Assembly (NCBI GenBank): GCA_963840035.1
Contig: CAWIXE010000001.1
Coordinates: forward strand, 224,001-288,000
Reading direction: 5' to 3'
Source of the DNA: a candidate division FCPU426 bacterium
GTDB taxonomy: Bacteria; Oederibacteriota; PGYV01; Palsa-1178
Length of the DNA: 64,000 nucleotides
Shown here: positions 1 to 9,527 of the stretch, piece by piece
Layout: each line of letters opens with the position of its first letter
Numbering within the stretch: position 1 is the first letter of the stretch
Position numbers and translations under genes: made by a program
Notes under the pieces: generated by a model
Seen by the model: the letters and a program-made list of their open reading frames with translations, nothing else
Told to the model about the DNA's origin: nothing
The model's database searches: none

Positions 1-1487
1 ACTTGGATTATATGAGCCCCGGCCTTTCGAAAATCTAATGTTTTATCAAGTAGGCCTAAATATGTCATTATATACGCTATATCTTCGATTCCTTCAGTTA
101 TAATTAATTTTTTACAAAAGAACATTTCATTTACAATCGGATTCAAAGTCGGATACAATTTCGCGAGCATTCCTTCTTCTTTTAAAACTTTATTATCTTC
201 TTTTAACTTCGCCGCCAATTCTTTATATGTTACTCGCTTTGTATATGAACTACATGGATTTCCTTTTTCTCTTACCAAACGTATTGATTCTATATTATCC
301 CCCGGAATAAACAGTGGACTATGGGAACAAATTACTAATTGTGAGTTTTTTGCTGACAGCTCTTGCAAAATTTCCGACAGATACCTTGCTTGCGGTGGAT
401 GCTGATATATTTCAGGCTCTTCTATTCCCATTATAAGCGTTGGTTCCGATTCATCGTTTATTCCTGCTAATTCTTGCAAAAGCGCAAGCATATATGACCT
501 TTGTAGACCGTGTCCAAATCTTGCTAATTCTCCCTCAAAACCCTTTTCTCCTAATTTAATATATGCAAAAGGTTCATCAACTTTTACTGACTTCTCTGCA
601 TCTTGTTTCCATAAAACCTGAGCTGTAATTCCTGGATGAGACCATCTCTCGAGTCTTTGAGCAAGTGACGTAGATATTTCTTCAAGTATTTTTTGTTCAG
701 ATTCAAGAATTTCCTTGTATTTTCCTTGAGTATCTTTTTTTAAATTATTAATCTTTTCTGCAAATTTTACTTTAGATCTGACCGTTCTTTCTAATAATTG
801 TCCTAAGGCCGTTGTTTTACTTTCTTCTGTTTCCTTTGTTGCATCTTTCGTTGCAGAAACAAAAACCCATTGCACAAATTTTGATAGTTTATCAACTCCT
901 CTGCTAACTCCATAAAAATTATCTTGGCTTGGAATATCTGTACATAATTCAGCGTGTTTTGATTCATATTCCAACAGTGCATCTCTCATTGCATCTTTCG
1001 TTCCAGGCTTAGGTAGATCTGAATAAGTCTGCATAATTTCAATATAGAAATCTTTCAATTCTGCTACTTTTGCACCATTTTTTTCTTTTTCAAAAAAACC
1101 ACGAAATTCATTGATTCCTTTTCTGCTGCCAAATTGTTTTATTTCCGCCTTGCCTGTAATTTCATCATAATTTGCCACCGCGGAAATGATTAACTTGTCA
1201 AGTCTAACGTAATTCGCAAGTTCATGTTTAGCTTCTTCATTCAAATCATTAAACGTAACAGTAATTTTTATTGGCTCGTTCGTTTGACTGTGATGAAAGT
1301 CTTCCTTGCTTAATTTGGACATATCCGTTTGGCAATCTTTATACTGTCTAAAAAATACATTTAAAGCATTAAGGATTGTTGATTTACCAGCACCATTACT
1401 ACCTATAAAGCAGTTATAATTATCAAAACTAATTGTTTCATCTTTAAAACATCTAAAATTTTCTATTCTTATTCCTTCAATTTTCAT
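1..1487 (-). CDS. OLD-family ATP-dependent endonuclease (ABC-type ATPase + TOPRIM); 3' end runs off the window
   Basis: Not in the ORF track; translated by hand from ATG 1487 (SD GAGGTGG). MKIEGIRIENFRCFKD, Walker A GSNGAGKS, signature FGHGLQR, Walker B/D-loop IEEPEIYQHP, CSHSP, TOPRIM start LIITEGIED. AT-rich. Confidence 0.88.
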   Translation of the reverse strand, partial: MKIEGIRIENFRCFKDETISFDNYNCFIGSNGAGKSTILNALNVFFRQYKDCQTDMSKLSKEDFHHSQTNEPIKITVTFNDLNEEAKHELANYVRLDKLIISAVANYDEITGKAEIKQFGSRKGINEFRGFFEKEKNGAKVAELKDFYIEIMQTYSDLPKPGTKDAMRDALLEYESKHAELCTDIPSQDNFYGVSRGVDKLSKFVQWVFVSATKDATKETEESKTTALGQLLERTVRSKVKFAEKINNLKKDTQGKYKEILESEQKILEEISTSLAQRLERWSHPGITAQVLWKQDAEKSVKVDEPFAYIKLGEKGFEGELARFGHGLQRSYMLALLQELAGINDESEPTLIMGIEEPEIYQHPPQARYLSEILQELSAKNSQLVICSHSPLFIPGDNIESIRLVREKGNPCSSYTKRVTYKELAAKLKEDNKVLKEEGMLAKLYPTLNPIVNEMFFCKKLIITEGIEDIAYIMTYLGLLDKTLDFRKAGAHIIQ

Positions 1488-1550
1488 TTCCACCTCAACA
1501 ATATAAGCCCCAAAAAAAATAGTATCAGGACCTGTTTGTAATTCTCTTTC

Positions 1551-1646
1551 CTACTTATGCGGCAAATACCCCTTAAACATAAAATACGCCCCAACCGCCA
1601 GCGATACGGTGGCGACTATGAAGAGGATTACCATGGCGCAGTCGTT
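1551..1646 (-). pseudogene. Orphan 3' fragment homologous to the end of the 4407-5279 membrane-protein gene
   Basis: Encodes NDCAMVILFIVATVSLAVGAYFMFKGYLPHK* versus NGCAVVILFIIATVALAAGAYFMFKGYIPHK* at 4407-4502. No credible RBS or upstream coding sequence. Confidence 0.85.
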
Positions 1647-1652
1647 TAGAAT

Positions 1653-1737
1653 TGGTACCAGACCTCGAGTTGATAGTTAATAATCAAGTTTAATTATACC
1701 CAGGTTTTATCAACTATTAACTCGAATTCTGGTGCCA
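1653..1737. repeat. Imperfect 31-bp inverted repeat (long hairpin)
   Basis: Arms 1653-1683 TGGTACCAGACCTCGAGTTGATAGTTAATAA and 1707-1737; 5 mismatches. Confidence 0.8.
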
Positions 1738-1812
1738 TCTCGTTCTCTTGTCCTTTTCCTATATCCAATTCTTACTACTCCTTTTTATATACTATAATTA
1801 CAATCTATTCTT

Positions 1813-2853
1813 CTATTTAACCTCAGATTCTATTTTATAACCTTTATCATCCAACCATCGAGACACCTCTTTGTTGATTGTGTTTTCTATATTTCTCGGA
1901 CTAAACATCTTATATAATTTTCCGATTAGATCCGCATGTAACACTTTGAGTACTTTATTCTTAATCAAACATATTGGCTTCTTTAATGCTAACATATACC
2001 CTACTTCTAATGAAACGTTCGGATTAAATTCATTTTTATCTAGTTTATCAAAAATTGCTATCCCAAATTTACAGCAATTCATATAAGTCATTACATTTGG
2101 AAATAAATCGGCGTGATATTCCTTATCATCTGCGCGCAATCCAATTATGCCATATCTAAATAAAGTATCTTTTATCGATTTTACGACTATCCTATTTTTT
2201 TTAGATTCTTTAAAGTGCATCATAATAAATGCGGTTTTATTTTGATCTGGAAAATCTTTTTTAAATTTTTGTACACTTTTTTTTATTTCCTCTGGTAGCT
2301 GGTTTTGAAACTGTAAAACATCAGCATTTGATTTTGTAGCTTGAAGTTTTTCATTCATGTCGATTATGCCTTTAGAGGCACTTATCATCAAAGCATTAAA
2401 TGTGTTTGGATTATTTTTAAATCGTTTAATATTATTTGATAAAAATTCTTTTGGCTCAATTTTATCTTTTGCAAATTCTTCTATTTTATTTAATGCATCA
2501 GTATTTTTACCACTTATTATTAGTGTTTGAATATGCTTTAGCTCCGGACTAACAAATAAATCATTTTTATTATCCTTTATTTCTTCAATATTCGAATTTA
2601 AACCAATAACAGCGTCAACAAATCCTAAAATTTCTTGAATATTGCTATTCCGGAACAACTCTCCGAAATAACTACTTTCAAATCTTGTTTTAAAATTTAT
2701 GCAGTCTCCTCCGAGTAATTCCAAATATTTCAAGCATTGTATCTTCCACGATATATATTTATGTTTTTCTGAAGCTTTTTCATTCAATAGCAACAAATCT
2801 TCTCCTGTTTTCATTAAATCTATTAATTTATTTATAATCTCTTTTTTTTCCAT
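1813..2853 (-). CDS. AT-rich protein with C-terminal nucleoside 2-deoxyribosyltransferase-like / TIR-like nucleotide-binding domain (putative defence effector)
   Basis: C-terminal AFIMMHF...GLRADD...FGIAIFD...NPNVSLEVGYMLALKKP...ADL pattern; SD AAAGGTGG; low GC. Confidence 0.7.
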   Translation of the reverse strand: MEKKEIINKLIDLMKTGEDLLLLNEKASEKHKYISWKIQCLKYLELLGGDCINFKTRFESSYFGELFRNSNIQEILGFVDAVIGLNSNIEEIKDNKNDLFVSPELKHIQTLIISGKNTDALNKIEEFAKDKIEPKEFLSNNIKRFKNNPNTFNALMISASKGIIDMNEKLQATKSNADVLQFQNQLPEEIKKSVQKFKKDFPDQNKTAFIMMHFKESKKNRIVVKSIKDTLFRYGIIGLRADDKEYHADLFPNVMTYMNCCKFGIAIFDKLDKNEFNPNVSLEVGYMLALKKPICLIKNKVLKVLHADLIGKLYKMFSPRNIENTINKEVSRWLDDKGYKIESEVK

Positions 2854-3011
2854 AATACCACCTTTTTATAATAGCGTTAAAAAAATCCTCTCATAAATAG
2901 ATTTACAAGTTTTTGTATTTTGTGTTACTCATTAAGTAATGATATCATTTCCTTATTTATTGAATAAAGGTGTCAGATCCTGATTCATGATTCTATTCCC
3001 ATCCCCCACCC

Positions 3012-3539
3012 TCAAGCCAGCATCTTAATCATCAAAAACGGTATTGCCCCTGATACTGCTATGCCGTATATAAGGTCCAACCAAACCACCGACCCTATAG
3101 CCCCCAAATATATAAGCCCCACAATAGGCACGCCTATTATCTTAATTCCTATAGGGGTTTCCTTTGCCGTCACCGACTCCCAAATATTCTTAGCATCCCC
3201 GGTAGAAGGGAAAGCATGCATGGTTATGGATATTCCTATCCACATTATGAGGAAGTCAAAGGCCGAGCCTGTATCGAACTTTACTATGGATATGACCGCG
3301 GGCATGGCTATCAGGGCTCCTAATATGCTGTTTACTATGAAGGGGCCTATGCCTATTAACAGGTTCTTTTTCGGGTTGTTTGTCCTCTCGTGAAGCACGT
3401 AGCCTACCGGGTTGGCTAGCTGGAAGTACTTTACTTCAAAGACCGCCACCCTTGCCCAGCGGCAGAAGAGCTGGTGGGCCAGTTCGTGGACTATTACTCC
3501 GGGGAATGTGACTAAGCTAATGAGCCATCCTGGTATCAT
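3012..3539 (-). CDS. Membrane zincin-type metalloprotease (DUF3267-like)
   Basis: PGVIVHELAH (HExxH), GP motif in a TM helix, FPSTGD. Confidence 0.75.
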   Translation of the reverse strand: MIPGWLISLVTFPGVIVHELAHQLFCRWARVAVFEVKYFQLANPVGYVLHERTNNPKKNLLIGIGPFIVNSILGALIAMPAVISIVKFDTGSAFDFLIMWIGISITMHAFPSTGDAKNIWESVTAKETPIGIKIIGVPIVGLIYLGAIGSVVWLDLIYGIAVSGAIPFLMIKMLA

Positions 3540-4096
3540 TTTGTCACCTTCTTTGATTTCTTTTTTACCACGGGTTTTTTCTTCTCTTCCATGGCTTTTT
3601 TCTGCGCCAGGAGTTTCGCGTCGTAGTCGTCGAAGACAGCCTGGACATCAGCCACGAGGGTCTTGGACATTTCCTTTCCCGCTAGCGGGTCGAGGATTTC
3701 CATGGCTTCGTTATACGCGCCCCCTTTATACATGGATACGCCGAGGCGGACTGTTATTAATGTCGAGTCTTTGAATTGTTCCCGGGCTTTTGTGTACTGC
3801 TCTACCGCGGCCTTGTAGTCCTTCGCGGCTTCGGCTCTTTGGCCGCGCTCAAAGGCTATGCCGGCTCCTAATGCCTCGGGGAATTTCATAAATGCCACAG
3901 CCGCGAGTATGAGGAATAAGCCGAGCATTATTTTTACAAACAGCGGTATGGGGAACTTCGCGTACTTGTCCCTGCACGCGGCGCATAAGGGCGTTAAGTG
4001 GCCGTGCTCTATAATTTTGCTGCCGCACGCGGCGCAGGCGTTGGGGTCTGCGGGGGGCGGTTCTGGCTGCTGTTGGGGCTGGTCTTGGTCTGTCAT
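3536..4096 (-). CDS. Membrane-anchored TPR protein with N-terminal CxxC/CxxC zinc ribbon
   Basis: CAAC...CAAC, one TM, TPR-like helices; 4-bp overlap with the downstream gene; SD AGGAGG. Confidence 0.7.
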   Translation of the reverse strand: MTDQDQPQQQPEPPPADPNACAACGSKIIEHGHLTPLCAACRDKYAKFPIPLFVKIMLGLFLILAAVAFMKFPEALGAGIAFERGQRAEAAKDYKAAVEQYTKAREQFKDSTLITVRLGVSMYKGGAYNEAMEILDPLAGKEMSKTLVADVQAVFDDYDAKLLAQKKAMEEKKKPVVKKKSKKVTK

Positions 4097-4194
4097 GAGG
4101 CCTCCTTTAAGGGCGAATTAACAATTTACAATTAAGAATTAACAATTATGGAGTGCTGGTGCACTTTACATTATATATAGGGCAAAAGCCTGCG

Positions 4195-4380
4195 TTGCGG
4201 GCGAGCCACCGGCTCGCCCCTACGAAAACAAGAACAAGGCCAAACCCTACGTCATTTTGTAGGGGCGATTCACGAATCGCCCGCCTTAATAACGTTGGGT
4301 ACTCGTAATTGCATTTACAAAGAACAAAAACATTACGGGAACAAAACCTTCGTTTGGGCGATTCGTGAATCGCCCCTACA
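4195..4380. repeat. GTAG-type REP cluster
   Basis: TGTAGGGGCGATTCACGAATCGCCC at 4258-4282, its inverse at 4356-4380, plus GGGCGAGCCACCGGCTCGCCCCTAC. Confidence 0.85.
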
Positions 4381-4406
4381 AATACAAGAACAAATCATAT
4401 ACCGCA

Positions 4407-5279
4407 TTACTTATGCGGGATGTATCCTTTGAACATGAAATATGCTCCCGCGGCTAACGCTACGGTGGCTATGATGAATAATATTACTACGGCGCAGCCG
4501 TTTGCTTTTGGTTTTAATGCTTCAGCGTCTGAGAGTTCCGGGGAGCCTTGTTTGGCTTCCTTTATCTTGCTAAATAACATAAACTGCACGGCTATTGAGT
4601 AGGGCATTATTAGAGCCTGCAGGGCGTAGATGCCTATGTTGAAGACCATGTTATCCCTCAGGGCTTGTATGGCCTGGGCGGATTTGGCTGACATCATCGC
4701 GTATATGTATGGGCCTGCTATGGCGGCTACTATGGGGAGGAATATTAGTGTTGCGGCCAGGCCGTAGAGGACTATGGTCCAGAAGTAACCTTTTACAAGC
4801 GCCGCGCTGTACTTAAAGGGGCTTACTGTTTTGGGGTCTTCGAGGATTACGGCGTATATTACGAAGCAGTATATGATCGCAAGGTATATGCCGGGGATGA
4901 TAAGCAGGAGCGCGGCGTACATTACTATGAAACCCATGAGCATCGCGTTCAGGAAGTAGGGCCAGATTTTGTTTAAGGATACGGAGTAGCTTTCCTTATA
5001 CGCGGCTGCGCCGCTTTCTTTGGCTTTTGCCATGGCTTTTATTATGGCGACCGTGGACCACAGCGTGAGGAATGTGCCAAGCAGGCTTAACGGCAGGACT
5101 GCGGCGGCTATGAGTTTGCTTCCGTTTGTGGGGATGGGGACTATTATTATTTGCACTATGACGGCTGTGAGGGCTATGGGGAAGAAGACTTGGTAGTGTT
5201 TGGTGGCGAAGCGGAAGGCTTCTACGATGGTGGACCAGATGGGGATTTTAACGCGCTGTGGGGTGGTGGTTGTTTTCAT
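4407..5279 (-). CDS. Polytopic membrane protein of unknown function
   Basis: About 7 hydrophobic segments, LLLIIPGIY motif, SD GGAGG. Confidence 0.75.
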   Translation of the reverse strand: MKTTTTPQRVKIPIWSTIVEAFRFATKHYQVFFPIALTAVIVQIIIVPIPTNGSKLIAAAVLPLSLLGTFLTLWSTVAIIKAMAKAKESGAAAYKESYSVSLNKIWPYFLNAMLMGFIVMYAALLLIIPGIYLAIIYCFVIYAVILEDPKTVSPFKYSAALVKGYFWTIVLYGLAATLIFLPIVAAIAGPYIYAMMSAKSAQAIQALRDNMVFNIGIYALQALIMPYSIAVQFMLFSKIKEAKQGSPELSDAEALKPKANGCAVVILFIIATVALAAGAYFMFKGYIPHK

Positions 5280-5304
5280 TTAATACCTCCGTTTTAATAT
5301 CCAA

Positions 5305-5745
5305 CTTTGAGCCGCAGCAAGCAGCGGCTCTACGAGACCTTGTAGGGGCGATTCATGAATCGCCCGCCTTAACTGCGGGTGCGGTGCTGGCGGTCCTTGG
5401 GTCGCCTTACCTCGTGGTGGTGCTGCTTCACCCTCTCCCCAGCCCTCTCCCTTCGAGGGAGAGGGGGGAACGACAAAACCAAAACAAATCCCGCGTTGCG
5501 GGCCGCCACATGGGGCGGCCCCTACAGGGGACGATAATGAACAATTTCTAATTCACAAAACGGGAACAGTCCCTGGTTTGTGAATGCCTGCGTTGGGCGA
5601 TTCGTGAATCGCCCCTACAAAAACCGTGCGTTGCGTGCGAGCCATCCGTCTTCTCCCATACAAGAACAATACAATCCTTTTGTAGGGGCGATTCATGAAT
5701 CGCCCGCCTTTAAAACGTTGGGCAATTCGTAAATTGCCCCTACAA
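5305..5745. repeat. Mixed REP/palindrome cluster
   Basis: TGTAGGGGCGATTCATGAATCGCCC at 5341 and 5681, inverse at 5596; CCCTCTCCC...GGGAGAGGG palindrome at ~5430-5468. Confidence 0.85.
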
Positions 5746-6019
5746 AATCAAAAATATGCTGGTTATTATCTTATTTGTAATGATGATAAAAATACGGATG
5801 CGGTAAAGTTATTATGAGATTGATTTTTTTGTTCAGGACGGTTATAAGCACATCTTCTCCCTGTGAGTCTGCTGGTCTTTGTGCCCTTATGTAAATATGT
5901 TAACACAGGCAGGGTTTAAATTCAACGGTAAACAGTGCGACATACAGAATACCTCAGAAATCCTCTTCTTATTCCCCTTTCTGAGACAAAGAGGGATGAG
6001 ATGGTGCTTTCTGAAGTCT

Positions 6020-7326
6020 TTATGGCACTATATTCATCAGCGTGTAATCGTAGTTTGAAAAGATGAACTCGTACGGATATGCCACGTCACCCGTTATCAC
6101 GGCTTTTTGGGCCACTTCAACCACTATCATCACATATCCGCTTGAGGGCGACTGCAGCATGCCGGCTTTAAAGGTAAAGGATGTGTTAGTCCCCGGGATG
6201 TACGTGTCCACATAATATGTATAGGGCGTCGGGCCGAATATGTCATAAGCCACGACATGCACCAGCGGCGGGACATCGCCCACATAATTCCAGAATATCG
6301 AAAAATCAGCCGTGATGGGGAAAGGTACCTGGGGCATGAGCCAGAGCCTCGGGTATCCTAATGATACCAATGACGCTGACGCAGTCTGGGTGCCCGTGTC
6401 CACGCTGAAATTAACCGTTGTCCCCTCATCATAATAAAGCCCTGGCTGGTTGTAACTGTACCTTCCCGGCTCCATGAAAAACACCGGTTCCAGGACGACC
6501 CCGTTCATGGTTACGGTGGCGGCAGGTATCGGCACGGTGCAGGCTTCATCCGAAAAGAGCATGCAGTTTCCGCTGGCAATGAAAGGAGGTCCTGCGTCCC
6601 ACCATGGCTGTGATAATACCGCGACATTATTCATGTATATTCCCCCGGCCACGGCTGTCAGTGTCAGGGTGGCAGTCGGGGTCACTGTGGATGTCACATC
6701 CTCTGTTTCTGTTGATGTTTGTGTTGCCGTATATGATATCTCTTCCGTGAGTGTCTGTGTGACGGTTTCCGTTTCCGTATCTGTTATTGTCACCGTCTCC
6801 GTGGCGGTTTGTGTATGTGTCTGCGTCACGGACTCCGTGGCTGTTGCGGTTGCCGTGCCGGTCGCGCTTTGCGTGCGCGTTGATGTCACTGTAACTGTTG
6901 CTGTCATGGTTTTTGTCCCTGATGCCGTGGCAGAGCCTGTGGGCACGACGTATGGGTGCGTGTTTGTGTGGCGGTGGCGGGCTGGGTATAAGTGCTGGTG
7001 GCCGTGTTCTGCACCGTAGAAGTCAAAGTAAAGGTCATGGTTGCCGTATCTGCCTGCGTGAATGTTTTAGTGGCCGAGGGCGTCGCCGTGGCTGTGTTTG
7101 CGGGCGTATTTGTTTTGGTGGCGGTATTTGCCGGGGTATTAGTCCTGGTTGCCGTATTTCCCGGCGTGCGCGTCCTGGTGGGCGTGGGAGACGCAGTCGA
7201 TATCCTGGTAAAAGTGGAAGTAGCCGTGGCATTCACCGAAGGCGCCATGGGGTTGAAACGCTTGGAGGAACACGAGGACATATAAAAACACATGATTACG
7301 ACAAATAATACCAAGAATTTTTTCAT
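6020..7326 (-). CDS. Thr-rich lipoprotein (~435 aa) split by a 1-nt deletion near 6946
   Basis: ORF 6904-7326 has a signal peptide and lipobox-like SSC; ORF 6020-6946 continues the same TxT linker. Adding 1 nt gives THTSVPTGSATA (1308 nt = 436 codons). Confidence 0.75.
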
Positions 7327-7408
7327 TGATTCTCCCTTTTCCGCTTATGGAAAATATTACCATAAGCAATTAAGGAAGGCAACAGGATTGCATCGCATGT
7401 GAAGCCTT

Positions 7409-8620
7409 GGTAAGTTGCAAGTTTTAATGCACCACTCCCTGAATCCCACACATTTTTCTTGTAGCATTTTGAATTATCATGTCGTTGGCTGTTTTGTATC
7501 CAAATATCCCTCTGGGATAGTTGTTTATCCAATTTTGGGCCTTTTTTACCGTTTCTACAGACACTTCCCCTATATCCGTCCCTTTAGGTACGAACCGCCT
7601 TATTATGCGGTTTGTATTCTCGTTGGTTCCTCTTTCAAAAGAACTGAAAGGATGCGCGTAATATAGCATGGTCCTTTTTGTCCCTGGCTTTAATTTACTC
7701 TCTTCAAGGGTTCTCCAATCGAGAAACTCCGAACCGTTGTCTGCGGTTATCGTCTTGAATATCCTGGCAAACAAACCGCCATAAGTCCTTTCGAGTCCAG
7801 TCAACGCCTTGTCCACTTCTTCGACCTTGCAACAGTTCATCTTAATTATTATTTCCTGTCTTGTCATACGTTCGCTGATTGTCAGAAGACATGCTCTTGT
7901 CCATTTAATACCCTTAACAACATCTATCTCCCAGTGACCATACTCCGTTCTTTCGTTTGCCGCCTTTGGTCTTTCTTCTATGCTCTTGAAAAGCCTGCTT
8001 CTATTTACTTTTCCGACCTTCCGATACTTCTTTTTACGCCTTCCTCCATATACCAGTTCTGCTTCTCCAACACCTGCAAACACACCGGAATGTATATAAT
8101 TGTAAACTGTCTTTATGCACAGATATGTCTTAAACCCCAGCTTGGTTCGCATTATTTCGCCTATTACTGCTGCCGGCGAATACTTATCCTGCGTTATCTT
8201 CCGTTCTATATGCCTGCTTAGTTCGTGGTCAAACCCGATCTTTAACGGGCGTCCTTTGTTCTTTTGTTTTTCATCATAGTCCAGCTGTCCATGATCGGCC
8301 CTATATACCAATCTCTCTTTGAGTTCCCAATCCGTCTGTATTACAGAACCTCTTTTTATCTCACGATTTATCGTGCTTGGGTCTCTTCCAAGTTGTTCGG
8401 CTATCTCACGCCCAGTACACTTCTTATCGCGCAGAGCCTCAATCTGGTACCGTTCTTTTAAACTTAAATACTTGTTTTTCCTGTCCCTTGTGGTAATCTT
8501 GACTTGTCCCATCATTCACCTCGTGTTTTTTATGGTGTCTTCGCAAACAACATAATAACACAAGTGCTTGGTGGGACTTTTTATTTACTCAGATGGTGCA
8601 TTTCATCTTACACTTTTTAC
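7409..8620 (-). mobile_element. IS30-family insertion sequence
   Basis: Imperfect terminal IRs at 7409-7433 and 8595-8620 (core TG(C/T)AAG-N4-AATGCACC). Direct repeat CGCATGTGAAGCCTT at 7394-7408 and 8620-8634. Confidence 0.92.
7424..8515 (-). CDS. IS30-family DDE transposase
   Basis: HTH IAEQLGRDPSTINREIKR, GHWEID, TITADNGSEF, ERGTNENTNRIIRRF, INNYPR. Confidence 0.96.
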   Translation of the reverse strand: MMGQVKITTRDRKNKYLSLKERYQIEALRDKKCTGREIAEQLGRDPSTINREIKRGSVIQTDWELKERLVYRADHGQLDYDEKQKNKGRPLKIGFDHELSRHIERKITQDKYSPAAVIGEIMRTKLGFKTYLCIKTVYNYIHSGVFAGVGEAELVYGGRRKKKYRKVGKVNRSRLFKSIEERPKAANERTEYGHWEIDVVKGIKWTRACLLTISERMTRQEIIIKMNCCKVEEVDKALTGLERTYGGLFARIFKTITADNGSEFLDWRTLEESKLKPGTKRTMLYYAHPFSSFERGTNENTNRIIRRFVPKGTDIGEVSVETVKKAQNWINNYPRGIFGYKTANDMIIQNATRKMCGIQGVVH

Positions 8621-8679
8621 GCATGTGAAGCCTTACGCTTTATTTCACCTCACCCTACCCTCTCCTAAGGAGGAGAGGG

Positions 8680-8724
8680 AAAAAAAGCAAACAAGGGCGC
8701 CCTTTTCAGTACGCCCTTGTTTGC
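8680..8724 (-). terminator. Probable intrinsic terminator of the vWA operon
   Basis: Minus strand GCAAACAAGGGCG...CGCCCTTGTTTGC followed by a T7 run. Confidence 0.65.
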
Positions 8725-8752
8725 CACCCACTACTCACCACCCACTACCCAC

Positions 8753-9516
8753 CTACATAACCCTCCTCTTCACCCGATAATCCACATTATTCCCCACCCA
8801 CTTCCACAGCTCCGCCTGTTCTTCCGGGGCTATGCCTTGTTTTTCCTTTTCTTTCCAGCCGTTCATTACGTCCTTATCCACGGGCCAGAGCCTTATCCTG
8901 TTTGACTTTATTTCCTTTTCCCATTTGCCCGCCATCACCGGTGTGGGGTAGAGCAGCCTTAAGGTTATGTTCCTTGCAAGGTACTCAAGCGAGGAGAGGT
9001 CCACGTTTTTAACGGCCTGCGCGGTTATCTTGCCGCTTTTGCCAACTATCTCGGGTTCGCCGTCGGTGACTATTATTATCTGCACCGGGGCAAGCACCAG
9101 GTTCTTTTTTTGTATCAGGCTTTTTACCTTGCCGAAGAAGGCGTTAAAATCCGTGACTGACTGTTTGGGCACCAGCCATTTATTCAGGTCAGCTTCTATC
9201 TCATCCACTGACTTTGACTCAAAGTCCTCAAGGGGCCTGAATGACTTCGGCTCATCCGCGGAGAACCCTCCCACCTCAGCCACAAAGAGCGCCTTGGGCT
9301 GCTTTAACCCGCCCAGGCCGTGGATGTGGCCGTAAATATAATAGGAGATGAACCTTATCGAGTCTTTGTAATACGGAAGCTTAGTAAACGAGCCGCTTGT
9401 GTCTATGCCTATGAAGATGGTCTCCCTCTTCATCCTTTTCTCCGTCTCTCCCCCATGGTGCAGCCGGTGAGGATAAGCGATACTGCCAGAAACGACGCGA
9501 GCAATAATTTTTTCAT
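8753..9516 (-). CDS. vWA-domain lipoprotein (~254 aa), frameshifted in a G5 run at 9450-9454
   Basis: ATG 9516 (SD AGGAGG) gives MKKLLLASFLAVSLILTGC (lipobox). One extra G joins it to ORF 8753-9433 with MIDAS-type DTSGS...TD...VTDG. Confidence 0.8.
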
Positions 9517-9527
9517 GGCTTTCCTCC

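Noticed and set aside
1551..4502. Possible DGR template/variable repeat pair
   Set aside because: Mismatches are mostly synonymous and not restricted to adenines; no reverse transcriptase seen.
7360..7385. sigma54 promoter before the 7326 lipoprotein gene
   Set aside because: TTGC is present but there is no GG at the required -24 spacing.
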